From: Monocercomonoides exilis PA203
Lineage: Eukaryota; Protista; Preaxostyla
Direction: 5' to 3'
Length of the DNA: 64,000 nt
Assembly: GCA_001643675.2 (NCBI GenBank)
Contig: LSRY02000017.1
Location: 1,302,001-1,366,000 of the forward strand
Shown here: positions 27,109 through 40,265 of the stretch, one piece after another
Numbering within the stretch: position 1 is the stretch's first letter
How the letters are laid out: every line of letters starts with the position of its first letter
The notes under the pieces: model-generated
Seen by the model: the letters and a program-made list of their open reading frames with translations, nothing else
What the model was told of the DNA's origin: nothing
Databases searched by the model: none
Made by a program: the position numbers and the translations under genes

Positions 27109-28553
27109 AATTCTCTCCATTTGCTCTCAACGTTCAAACGCAGCAAACACAGAAAGCACCAATTTTCCAATTGGCTTGCCAACGCTTGACTAAATGTATT
27201 GTCTGCAGTGTTTTCAATGATCCTTGCAATTTTATTTTTTGTTTTGTTCTTTTTCTTTGGAAATCAAACTTCTGTTTCAAGATTTGTTGTTCCATCCATT
27301 TCTGTGTTTATTCTTGTGAAACAAAACACTTGTTGAATCAAAAATTGTCAATTCTTGTATCCTTCCACAACTTATCCACTTGAGTTCACATTTACAAACC
27401 AGATGTCAGAGTTTCGCAATGATCAAAATTACATTGAATTTCATCTGTTCCAAAGCTGCAAAGGTCAGTGTGCGAAAATTCAAAAGCAAATCAATGCTTT
27501 ATGATCGCATTTTGTGATTGAAAAATAATACTTGATACTTACATTGCTTGCGCTTCATGGTGCATTGCAGATTTCAAGCTCATTTCAACGCTCTCTGATT
27601 AACTGTTTGAGTTTTGCTTATTCTGCCGATTTTCTTGAATCTCCAAGAAAAACTTAAATACTCAAATGTACATGTTGAATGTGTCCTTTCGAACTTCATT
27701 CTCTGAATGTTCAATTGCTTCATAGCCTTTCATGAGAAGAATGTTCTCAAATAATCGTTCACAAAGTAAAAAAGGAGGTATCTGAATGCATATGATAGGA
27801 TCACTTCAAATATTATGAAACGGATAATTGATGAAATGATTTTTTCTGAAATGGAAGTGCTATTTTTCAGAAATTTGTTGATAATATTTTAAGATAAATG
27901 GCTTTTTTAAATCATTGTTATGTGTCGAATAAAAATTATAAACTTATGGTGGATCGATGCAAAACTAGAAAATCTTTAAAGAAAATTAAAAAGACAATGA
28001 CAAGCAACAAAAGAAAAAGGAGAAATAGATAAAAAATTTTATTTTGCCTCAATGTTTCAATTCAAACAATTTATAATAAATTTTTATGTTATTCTTCTTA
28101 GAATGAACGCTGTGATTGATGAACAAGACTGAGCTAATATTTGCGACAGATATCCTATGAAAACTCATAAATATACTCAGGAAACAATATATGATAGATT
28201 TTTTTCGTTTTCAACAAAATAACGACATTAATAATACCATTTGTTCGATTGCTATTTTTCTTGCGCTTGAATGTGAAATCGACTATGTCTTCAATATTTA
28301 GCGTACTTAGTACTTTTCATTCAAATGTCAATAATCTCTCAAGAATTCTAAAATATTGTGTTATGTTTAGAAAGTGTTTTCTTTGAATCAAATAAAATGA
28401 GTTAATAAATAATCAAAAGAGAATATATGTGAATCATTGATAAAAACTCATCGAGAAATCAAATCAAACATCTGTTTTTTAAATATCAATATCCTAAGGT
28501 GAACAAATATGGAAAAAATCAATTCATGAGATAATCCAAGAAAATAATTATAG

Positions 28554-29747
28554 TTGTCAATTTTTTATGATCAAATGAATAAAGATGATTTGAGTGTTTC
28601 TTGTGTATTTGCAATTTTCCCTGAATGCTTTAAAGAAATTGTTGATATTCCTCCTTGTTCAAAAGAAGAAAGCAAAAAAAAAATATATCTTAAGGAGTAT
28701 CCAGAAGAAGAAATAAGTTTGAATGTTATTTGTTATATCACATTTAAAAAAATTCTATGATGTTTATTGATGATAGACATTAACTTCAACAATGATGGAA
28801 AGCCAGTTTCAATAACTTTATGCAAGAATACTTCGTTTAGAATATTATATTTATCAATTAATACTTCGCACGTTCCATCAAATAAAACTATTCTAGAAGT
28901 TTTTATGTTTCATCATCGAAATGTAAAGTCATTTCTTAATCATAACATCCATGATTCTCTTTATGATTTATGGTTGAAGAAGGGAGAAGCTCAGAGTTTC
29001 TTACATATTCGTGCAAGAGATGTAATAATGGAAATGCAGATTTTTATTTTTCTTAAGAAAATAAAAGCATACGTTCTTTCAGAATGTATTAGAGCAAAAA
29101 GCAAAGATTCTTCATTAACTGAAAGCAGAAATGAGGGAGTGCAACAGCTTTCTTCAGAAAATACACCAATTTTAGATATGAAACAATTATGTTCAGTTTC
29201 CAAAAATGAAGTTAATTCCGTAGAAGATATTAAGCACTTACCTGTGAATATTGAATTGAATATGTTACCTACGCCAGCGAGGAGTTCTTCACAGCCAGTG
29301 ACAAATGTTTCATTAATCTCAGCAACATTGTCTCAAGAACACTCAAATTATGAAAAGTCAATGAAGAAAGAAAAATGCGAGGAGCGTAATTCACATGGAG
29401 TATATTCTCCATTCAAAACCACAAAATCTCCAATCTTTTTTGTTTCGAAAAACAAAGATAAAATGACAAAATCTCCAATTGAAACTTATTCTAGAAATAC
29501 AATGAAAATGCAACATCCAGCTTCTTCGCAAAATATCGAAGCATCGTGTATCACTAACTCTTCTTCATCTATATCATCTTCTTTTTCTTTGTGTGCAATA
29601 AATGAAAGTCGTGAAGAAAGGAAAAGGAAAGCTGATAGAGATCCTGCAATTTCGCCTTCTTCGTTGAATTCTGCAATAACCAGTCAAACAAGTTTTGCAT
29701 TACCTTCGTTATTCAAATTTTATGATCCTTCAAAGAACACTTCCTAA
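28554..29747 (+). CDS. Hypothetical protein; last two exons, 5' end unresolved
   Basis: ORFs 28554 and 28767 join in phase through a GTTTG...TAG intron (~28717-28777). Ser-rich C-terminus. Confidence 0.5.
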
Positions 29748-30332
29748 ATATGTGAGTTGCATCAATACCTCGTTTTCAATGATGAAATCAAATTTTATTT
29801 CTAAATTTGGCAAAATTATATTTTTATCTTTTGAGCTCATTGAGAAATTTGTGTATAAATCAGAATTATTTTTTTACAAATGAAAAATCTATTTTATTTC
29901 GTTTGTTTCATTTATTTGTTTTCACCTTAACAGCATTTTAATGTTGAATTGAACATTGTTTGAATTTAAAGAAAAAAGCTTTTGGTGTATCACAAACCTT
30001 TGAATTCTTTTCACATTAATCTGAATTTTTTTAATGAAAATTGTTTCAATAAGGAACAATCGAGGAGGGGAAATCTATTTGGTGAGTTTTGCATGTACAA
30101 GTTTTTATTCTCTCAATGTGAAGTGCTTTCCGTTTATTTGTCGAATTTATTTTCTATTTTTTTGAAAAATATTTTGGTGAGAAGTGGATAAAAAAAATGA
30201 CCATTGGAACATTTTCTTTGATATTTTTTAACAGAATTATTGCAAGTTATTATAAACAAAAAACAGCACATCGAAAGAGCGATTGGAAATTTTTCAATTT
30301 TGTTTAAAGGTTTGTTGTTCGTTAAAGGCTAT

Positions 30333-30557
30333 TTTTTATTTTTGTTTTTATTTTTAATTTTAATTTTATTTTTATTTTTATTTTTGCTTTAGTTTTTTAT
30401 TTTTTATTTTTATTTTTATTTTATTTTATTTTTTTATTTTTAATTTATTTTTGATAGAAAGTTTCCAGATTAACTTTAAAGGCGGTGTGATTGAAAAAAT
30501 ATTTGTGTTGATATTAACGAAAAACGACGATCAACAAATGTTATCTGAAAAAAAATT

Positions 30558-30618
<61 letters not shown>
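30333..30618 (+). repeat. (TTTTTA)n low-complexity tract and ~60-nt poly-T
   Basis: Seen directly. Confidence 0.9.
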
Positions 30619-31080
30619 CGGAAACAAATGAGATTATTCGATAACATTTCTCTGCTTGTGGACAAAAGAAAACGCAACAAACGTAAGCACTCAAAAATAT
30701 GGAATTTCTTTTTGTTCATTTTTCAACAACAGAACATCTTTATATGTGTGATTATTTTTGATATCATTGTTGTTTTCTGTCAGTTTATTATAAAAACACT
30801 TTTTGTAATTATTCAAATAACATTCACTCAGATTTTCAAAAATTAATTTTTTTCAACATGAAAGCGAATGCTAATGATGAAAATAAGGCAAAATCAACTG
30901 TTTATTGTGTTATCATTTAATATGTTCATTTCATTCATTCTTTGCGTGAATATGCACTCACAAAATATTGAAAGATAAAATATGATTTCGGAAATAATCA
31001 CTCAAATACTTTATTGATTTTTGAATCGAATTAATGTGATATTTTTGATGAAAAATAATAGATTGTGCAAAAAATACCAA

Positions 31081-31404
31081 ACAAGATTGTTTTCTCATTT
31101 AATGTTTGTGAGAAAAAGTTCTGATTATTTTCCTCTTAATATATCTTATCTGTGCAAACTCATTTGGTCTATCAGACTTGCATTTTTCTGTTGAAAGAGC
31201 ATTTTTGATAAAAAATTTTCATCAAAATCGAAAAGAAGCAGGTTCGAGAATTTTTACGAGATTTCGAAAATTATTCAAAGCAACATTCTATCAACAGAAA
31301 TATGCAAGTCTGGAATGCCGAATGAGTTTGCACACATAAGACATATTCAGTGGAAAATAATCAAAATTTATTCTCTCTAACAATTAATGAGAAAACAATC
31401 TTGT
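31081..31404. mobile_element. Foldback MITE family D
   Basis: acaagattgttttctcatt...tgtgcaaactcatt...cagacttgcat / atgcaagtctg...aatgagtttgcaca...aatgagaaaacaatcttgt. Related to 59676-60067. Confidence 0.8.
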
Positions 31405-31689
31405 CAAGTGCTTTTTCATTATCAACATGAATAATTAACGCTTGCATTTCACGTCATTTTTTTGATTAGAAAAATTATCAATAATATTGAATTCAGCATT
31501 TGTTGAATGGAAAAAATATATATTTTCGAAGATTCGCAACACATGTCAAAGAGAGTTATAATCAAAAATTATTTATTAGTGTTGAATAAAAAATATTTTA
31601 TTTAAAAGTTTTATCAATAATAGATTTTTGTTATGGTTAAAGTGATAATAAAACATTTAAAATTTGTAAAAGTTTTTCAAAATATGGGA

Positions 31690-31921
31690 AAATTTTTATG
31701 AAAAGTTCCTTTTGTTTAATTTTCAAATAAAACAAAAATTTCATATTTCAATCAAATTTCTGTTCCCAATCACGAAAATTCACAAAAATGGAAATAATAA
31801 TATTGTCAAGATTTTGTTTTCATAACAGTTAAATTTGGTGAGTGGGAACAGAAATTTGATCGAAATATGAAATTTTTTCTTTATTTGAAATTTAAACAAA
31901 AGGAACTTTTCATAAAAATTT
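31690..31921. mobile_element. Foldback MITE family C
   Basis: aaatttttatgaaaagttccttttgtttaattttcaaataaa / tttatttgaaatttaaacaaaaggaacttttcataaaaattt. Confidence 0.85.
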
Positions 31922-32569
31922 AGACATTTTATTTTTTTTGAAAACACTTAACAAAAAACAACAATGAAAGGAAAATATTCCTATTCTTTTGAAATTTCGT
32001 ATTCAGAAATTGAATAAATATCCGAACATCAGATCTCTATTTTCATCTTTTAATTTTTTCGAAAGTCACTTTTCTTGAAAATTTAGAAACTTAAAATTCA
32101 AACTAATTATTGCTTTCATGACAAAGTTACTCAACAGCAACAATTTTCAGTCATTAATGGAAATAATTTTCATGATAAAAATTTTTTTCTTTTGTATTAT
32201 TGTTTCAAACAATGCGGAATTGCAATAAAAAAAAAAAAAAAAAAAAAAGAAAAGAAAGAAAAAACTTATTAAAAACTTTAACTGAAACAATCTCATAAAA
32301 ATTTGTTTGAATTTATTGGGAAAAATTTAAGAACGAGATTTTTTGTAAATTGAATTTTGTTCCACTCAATTATTATTGTTTATTTTTCATTTTTTTATAT
32401 TTTTAATTTTTTTTTTGAATGAGAATGTTCTTTTTTATGATTCGATGGAGAAAAGTTTGGGACAAATGGTTGCATCTTTTTTATAAATGAGAAAGGTTGT
32501 TTCATTTTTTGTATAAACCTTAATAATATTTATTGAAAATTTGTTTTTTTTATAATAATTGAATAACAA

Positions 32570-35500
32570 ATGGATCCAGAAGAACTTGGACTTTGCGATT
32601 GGATTGCCTCATTTAATCAAAAATTTTCTTCATGTAGTAGTTATAAATCACTTGAGGATGGAATTATTTTTGCGCAAATACTGTCATTTTTGTTTGACTC
32701 AACTTTTTTTTAATAAATTTTGATAATTACAATTTTTATAAAAAATATTTATTAATATTAGAAAAAATGCACCTCAATCTTTTGAGGATGATTTTGGTTT
32801 TGAAGAAGTGGAACAATTTGACATTAAATTATTCATTCAAAATCTACAGATTTTCTTTCAGAATTCTTTGAATCTAAATATACAAAAATCACTTTCAGGC
32901 CATCAGCAAATTGAAAAATTGGAAGTTTAGAAATATATCATTGATTATAAGCAATTAATTTTATTCAATTATTATAAAGCCTCCTTTTTCAACAAATCTT
33001 TGTTCTATTCTTTGTAAACTCTTGCTATTTGCTGCATGTTATTATTCAGTTGTGAAAAATGAATGCGTTAAACGCATCCTTTCACTTCCAGAATCAACAC
33101 AAGAGGAACTTATGCTTATTCTGAGAGATATTGGACCGCAACTTGTTCAAAACAACGAAAGCTTTTGCGAAAATGAACAAACTCTGGAACCTAAATAGTT
33201 TGAACATTATTTTCTTTGCATTTGGAGAAATGAATAATTTATTTAATATTTATTGATTTTTATAATTTCTCATAAAAAATCAACATTCAACAGCAAAGAA
33301 CCTGTTCCGTCAACCCCACCACATGATTCATCTGCTCAGTTAACACTAACGCCTCAAGGTCGTTCGCCAATTGCTGAAGTTGTAGAAGTTCTTCAAAAAT
33401 CACTTGAATCTCACAGAGAAAAAAGTGAAAATGCAATTAATATTGAACGTTTTCCGATGGATGATCACAACAACAAAATAAACACACACGAGTTTGTCAG
33501 GCAAAGAGTAGAGGACGAAGAGAGCATCAAGGAGACACCAGAAAGAACACAGGAGACAGATTGCCTGAAGAAGCGCGATGTGCTTTTATCACCTGAACTT
33601 TCACATGAATTCAAAATAGAATCAAAAGACAGAGAAAACATTCAGCTGAGCGAGGCAGAAAGCGAAAACAGAATGCTGCAGAGGAAAATTAAGACTTTGG
33701 AGAATGAAGTCGAAGACTTGCAGCGAAAGTTGTTTGATATCACAATGATGCACAGTGGAGGAGAGCCACTTCCATCTTCATTCACAGCAACTGCATCATC
33801 TTCTTCATCTTCTTCATCTTCTTCATCAGCATCAGTTTCTTCTTCTTCTTTTTCAACAGAAGCAGGAGAGGATCCCACTCAAAATGCAACAACTGCCCCT
33901 TCATCATCCCTTGCTGGTCCGTCGGGCACGCAGCCTTTTTCCTCTCAGGCTGCATTTTCAGCAGATCCGCAAAACGAGCTGCAACGTGCGCATCTGCGGA
34001 TTGATGCGCTGAGTGCGCTTGTCACAGCGGCAGAGGAGAGAGCAGCGACAGCAGAGGCGAAGCAGAAGAGCGCAGAGTTGGAGGCAGCTGCTGCCCTTCA
34101 GTGGATACAGCGAGGCACGGCGCTGGAGGTGGAGAACAGCGGGCTGAAGGATGAAAAGCGGTTGTTGGAGGAGGAAATACAGAGATGCAAGGACAATCTG
34201 ATGCACGAGCGCGAGCTGACGAGACAGCTGAAAAGCAAAGTGGAGGAAGCAACAGGCGCAGGGATGAATTTTGGAGGAGGAGAAGAAGACGGGGAAGGAG
34301 GAGGAGGAGGTAGTGGAGGAGGAGGAGGAGGCGATACAACAACAGCAATGAAAGCTGCGCTGCACGCAGCAGCCCAAGTGAAAGAACTGCGAAGTACGCT
34401 GCAAAAAGAAGAAGAACTGCGGATTCGACTGGAAGAAGATGTTGAGGAAGAGAAAGTGAAGGCGCAGATCGCTGAGACGCGCCTGGCAACTGCAAATGCG
34501 CACTTTGAAAGTGCAAATGCAGAGTGCATGCGGCTTTTTGCCGAGGCGCAGGAGAACAAGCAGCAGATCGTTGCATTGCGGAAGGCTTTGGAAGACGAGC
34601 GAGCAGCGAAAACGAGTGCGGGCGAAGAGAAGCAGAAGTTGGAAGAAGAAGCAGCAGAACTCAAAGCAGAGCTTGCACAGGCACAGCGCCAGCTTGCAGA
34701 GACAAAGGAATCATTAGGAAAAGCCATGGAAGTTATTGGGCAGTCACCAAAGAAAGTGAACAAGAGGCGTTCTTCACACGCCAGAAAGAAAAGCGATAAC
34801 GAGACTGCAAATGAACTTGATGAAACAAGGAAAGAGGAAGAAAACGAAGAAGATTTGGACGACGATGGGGATGATGTCAGCGATGGGAGTCTTAATTCTG
34901 AGAGTTCTGATGATTTGTCGTTCAACGAGGAGTCCTTCAACGCTTTGCAGCAGAGGCTGAAGAAAGCAAAAGGGATCAACAGACATCTGAAGGAGCTGAT
35001 GGAAGCGAAGGAAAGAGAAGCTGAAGTGAACCTGAAGGCGCTGAAGATTCAGATGGAAGCTGAGCGCCGCAGCCTCGCCGCGTGGAAGACGTCGCCAGCA
35101 GATGTACAGAAGCAGAAGGACGAAGAGATGCAGCTGGTGGTGCAGTCGCTGAAGCAGTCGATTCAGCAGACAGCAGAAGAAGCCAGTCTGATCCGCACGT
35201 CGTTTTACAACCTTGGTTTGGAGCTGCTTTTCAGACATCAGAAAGAAAGTGGGAGCAAAGGATCATCAAAGGACAAACCAGAAAGAGCAGAGAAAGATGC
35301 AGCACTTTTGAAGATGCAAAGTGCAATTTCTCAATCCAGTGAAGCAGAGCACGAAGACAGAGATGAACCACGCAGCAGTTCAGACGAGGCTCTTCGCCAG
35401 TATTCGCCAGGAATAGCGTTTGTGCAGGATCTCAATGCCTCCATCTCGTTTGTCGGGCAAACATTTTCTGGCGGCGACGATTTGTCAGCCACTTTCCGTT

Positions 35501-35988
35501 CGCAGTCGTCGCTCACTCCGTCTGTGTCCTTTGCCCAGTCAGCACCTCAACCTTCTGCCATGCCTCCTTCATTTCCTTCTGAACAGCCACGCTTCTTCAC
35601 ATCACCGTCTGACCCGCCTGCCCCAATGCAACCTCAGCACTCGTATGCACATCCTCAATCGCAGAAGAGACAAACATCCCAATCTTCATCCATACAGCTA
35701 ATTTTTCCTTCATCATCATCGTCTTCTTCCAGTCACCAACCTCCATCATCATCTCTTTCAGCTTCCACTGCACAATTGTCTCGCTTGCCGCACCATAGTC
35801 CTTCTTCTTCATTCCCTTCTTCCATTTCTGCCCCAAGGACAAATCAAACAAAATCCACTCCTTTGTCATCATCACATCGATTTTCACCTTCACCGTTTTC
35901 TCAACTCCCGTCACATCAAACCTCAAAGCCAACCACTTCAACAACGTTTAATCAATCTTTACCATCCAGACACTTCATTTCAAAATAA
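32570..35988 (+). CDS. HOOK-family microtubule/dynein cargo adaptor
   Basis: Three upstream exons missed by the track encode a HOOK-type CH domain (LCDWIASF...SLEDGIIFAQIL...KLLLFAA...KRILSLPESTQEELM). A long coiled coil follows, then EEASLIRTSFYNLGLEL, which resembles the HOOK C-terminal EEK.IVSAWYN.G motif. Confidence 0.75.
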
Positions 35989-36527
35989 ATTAAAATATTA
36001 AAAATTTGAATTATACTCGGGATCTATATTATTTATTTCCAAATTTATCATTATTATCAATTGATCACATATATACAGACAATATTTAATATATATTCTA
36101 TTTATTAACGATTGAAATGGAAACGCTTAATGTATATGCTTTTTTATTCAGATGCATTTGTAATGAATATTCTTTATAATAAATAAGCGAGATCAAGTTG
36201 TTGAATATCTTAAGTCACTTAATGGTGAAAACAAATCTTCTTCATCTAATGTATTGCAATCTTTATCTTTGGCATTGATTGCTGGTTTGTAAAAAGTTTA
36301 TTTTTTTATTCTAAAAATTTTTTTTCTTTTTATTATTTCTTTTATCACTTTCAGATGCTTCCGTATCCAAGTTAATTTTTGAAAATGATGGTGTTGAAAA
36401 AATTTCGCAGATATTTTTATCAACAAAGGATGAAGAAACGAAAGTATAGAACTTTTTTGAAATCTTTCTAAAATAAACTTTATTTTTTTGAACATAAAAT
36501 GACCAAAAGAGAAAAGCAAAGATTCTT

Positions 36528-37485
36528 TTGGGTCTTTTAGAAAATGAAGGATCATCGGCATATTTTGAATCTTCCTCATTTCACGAAGATCATGACGAAG
36601 CTTCTTCATCTTCAACTCCATCTTCATCTTCAGCTCAAAAGCCAACTCTGTTTGCAGAAAATTCTTTCAATGTTATGGCATCCTGGCATGAAATTGAAAA
36701 GACTTTCAAGCCAAAAGATGAATTTATGCATGCAGTGAAACAAGTCAACCAATTTTTACCACCTCTCCTCCTTAAGAAATCACTTCCTTCAATTCTCCAA
36801 AAGAAAGACGTATATTCATTGACAAATGGTGCACCAGGTGCAGAAATGACATCAGTTTTGGCTGTTATCAACAATGTTTCTGTGCCTGCTGTCGGAACAC
36901 AGGCTGTTGTTGTCTGTGATTCAGAACAAAAAGCTCAAGAATTTTTAGCAGTATGCATTGATATTTGACTTTAAACAAGAAGATTAAATAATAAACTATT
37001 TATTTGTACTTTTCAATTTCTCTTGAAACACAATTCATTGACAAACTTCAATGCCACAGTTATTTGATGAAGCAGCTGACCGGCTGAAATCAAAGCAGAA
37101 CAAGGAAATTCCATTTGCTGAGGTTCCTTCAATGAGGAAGGAAGGGCAGTTCAACGCGACTGTGCTGATTGGCTCGACAACAGAGCTGGCGCGGATGATG
37201 GAGAAGAAGTCATACAACCCGCAAAATTTGAATATTGCGATATTTTTGAATGCCGAGCAGGCTGTTCAGAGCGCATCGCCTACTTTCCTGACGACCTTCT
37301 GCGAAACTCTGCCGCCTCTTTGCCAGAGGATCTTATTCACGTATGCTTTGCGTTATTTTGTGTTTATCTTTGAAACGTCACTTTATTTATTATATTTATT
37401 TATTATATTTATTTATTTATTTATTTATTATATTTATTTATTATATTTATTTATTATATTTATTTATTATATTTATTTATTATAT

Positions 37486-37520
<35 letters not shown>

Positions 37521-37539
37521 TTATATTTATTTATTATAT

Positions 37540-37582
<43 letters not shown>

Positions 37583-37708
37583 TTATATTTATTTATTATA
37601 TTTATTTATTATATTTATTTATTATATTTATTTATTATATTTATTTATTTATTATATTTATTTATTTATTTATTTATTATATTTATTTATTATATTTATT
37701 TATTATAT

Positions 37709-37739
<31 letters not shown>

Positions 37740-37758
37740 TTATATTTATTTATTATAT

Positions 37759-37789
<31 letters not shown>

Positions 37790-37821
37790 TTATATTTATT
37801 TATTATATTTATTTATTATAT

Positions 37822-37852
<31 letters not shown>

Positions 37853-38794
37853 TTATATTTATTTATTATATTTATTTATTATATTTATTTATTATATTTA
37901 TTTATTATATTTATTTATTATATTTATTTATTATATTTATTTATTATATTTATTTATTTATTATATTTATTTATTTATTTATTTATTATATTTATTTATT
38001 TATTTATTTATTTTTTCATTATCTTTGATTCACCTTACTGCTAAATCCACTCATTCCCTTCAACGTGCTTCAAATCTTCACACTTTTGCATTGTCTTTTT
38101 CTCTCTCTGTCTGTTTCAACTCAGCCCATCAACCTCTCTCCGCACAAACGACTTTGCCTCCCACTTCCTGCGTCCGAGGATCGCCGTCTCGCGTATTAAG
38201 ATGGAGCCTGCTTTGTCGTTCCCCTCTGCCCCTCGCCATCTGATGCACGTTCTGGGCAAAGAAGAAGACAGCAGCGAACAAATCGCTCACTTCATTGCTG
38301 CTGCCACGTCATGCCCGTCTGCCCAGCCACGCCGCGCCCTCGTCTTCTGCTCGTCGGCCGCAGACATCCAGTCTGTTGGAGAGTGTCTGTCGAAAACAGA
38401 CTCGAAAGTGCTGTTCTTGAAGCAGAATGCGAAGTGGGGCGAGCTCAACAAGATCGAGCCGCTGGTGGCCAGCGGAGAGAAAGAGGTGATCCTCTGTTCG
38501 TCGGCGCTTGTGCCGTCGTTCGGAAACTTCGGTGCTTCTGTTGTTGTCAGCATCGGAGCACCGAGTGATGGAGACAGATACATCGATCTGGTACGCACTG
38601 CTGCTCCGACACCCAGACCAGCCATTATCTCAATTGTTCGCGAGGCACAGAAAGAGGAATTGGAGCATTTCGAGACGGATTATAATGTGATATTTAGAGA
38701 ACTTTCATCTGATCTTAGTGCGTTGGCATCGAGCGAAGATGAAGAGGAATTATGGATTGAGAACGAAAGGAGACGCAGAAGTAGTACTGATTAA
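36528..38794 (+). CDS. Inactive eIF4A-like DEAD-box pseudo-helicase; 5' end uncertain, probably further upstream
   Basis: Introns ~36951-37058 and 37341-38124. Colinear with both RecA domains (TQAVVVCDSEQKAQ; VLIGSTTEL; RALVFCSS; SGEKEVILCS; VVVSIGAPSDGDRYI), but the catalytic motifs are substituted. Confidence 0.7.
37382..38012 (+). repeat. Intronic (TTTA/TTATA)n satellite, ~630 bp of pure A/T
   Basis: Seen directly. Lies inside the GT-AG intron 37341-38124. Confidence 0.95.
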
Positions 38795-38993
38795 ACATTA
38801 TTTATCTTTGTATTGAAATTTTATCGATTTCAAAGTAACTTTGTGTTATTGCAACAATTTCAAAATTAAACATTTATAATTACTTTTATAAAAAACTTAA
38901 TGAAAATGATATTCGAAATGTAATGAAAAACGAAATAAATTTAATCCCATCATTTATTAATTGTTGGCGTAACTAGGCTTCGGAATATTTTGA

Positions 38994-39719
<726 letters not shown>

Positions 39720-40265
39720 ACTTTTTGGTCGTTTAAAATCCTTGACCCTTTTGTATCGTTTTGAATTGATGATTTGATTTTTTATTCTTAGCTTTTTATT
39801 TGTGTCTTTTATTTTTGATGCTGTTTTTTTAAATATATTTGTGCAATATGATTTACATTTAAGTAAAAAAATCTAATATTTGTTTTTTGATGCTAAAGAC
39901 TGAAATGGATAAACTTGTAAAAATTGTAGCAAACTTTTAACAAAAAAGGTTAACATATATTAAATATCAAAGGTCGCAAAGAAAACAATTGTATGAAAAA
40001 TGCAATTAACAACAAACAAAATAGATATATATATATGGATAGGTGAAAATATCAATAAAGACAAGTTTACACTAATAATATAATAAGTGCTAATGGTGAA
40101 AATGAAAATTAAATGAGAGAAAAGGTTTGAAAACTTAGAAAAATGAATATTAATGCATACAAAGTTAAAAATAAAAAGAATGTTCGAAGGTAGATAATAC
40201 AGATTAGAACATTTCCAACAAATCGAAAAAGAAATCTTATTTGATTTCACATCAACAATCCTTTA

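Noticed and set aside
30451-30846. Poly-Phe and poly-Lys ORFs
   Set aside because: Artefacts of the poly-T run.
37051-38044. 325-aa and 233-aa hydrophobic ORFs
   Set aside because: Translation of an intronic TTTA satellite; only 37059-37340 is a plausible exon.
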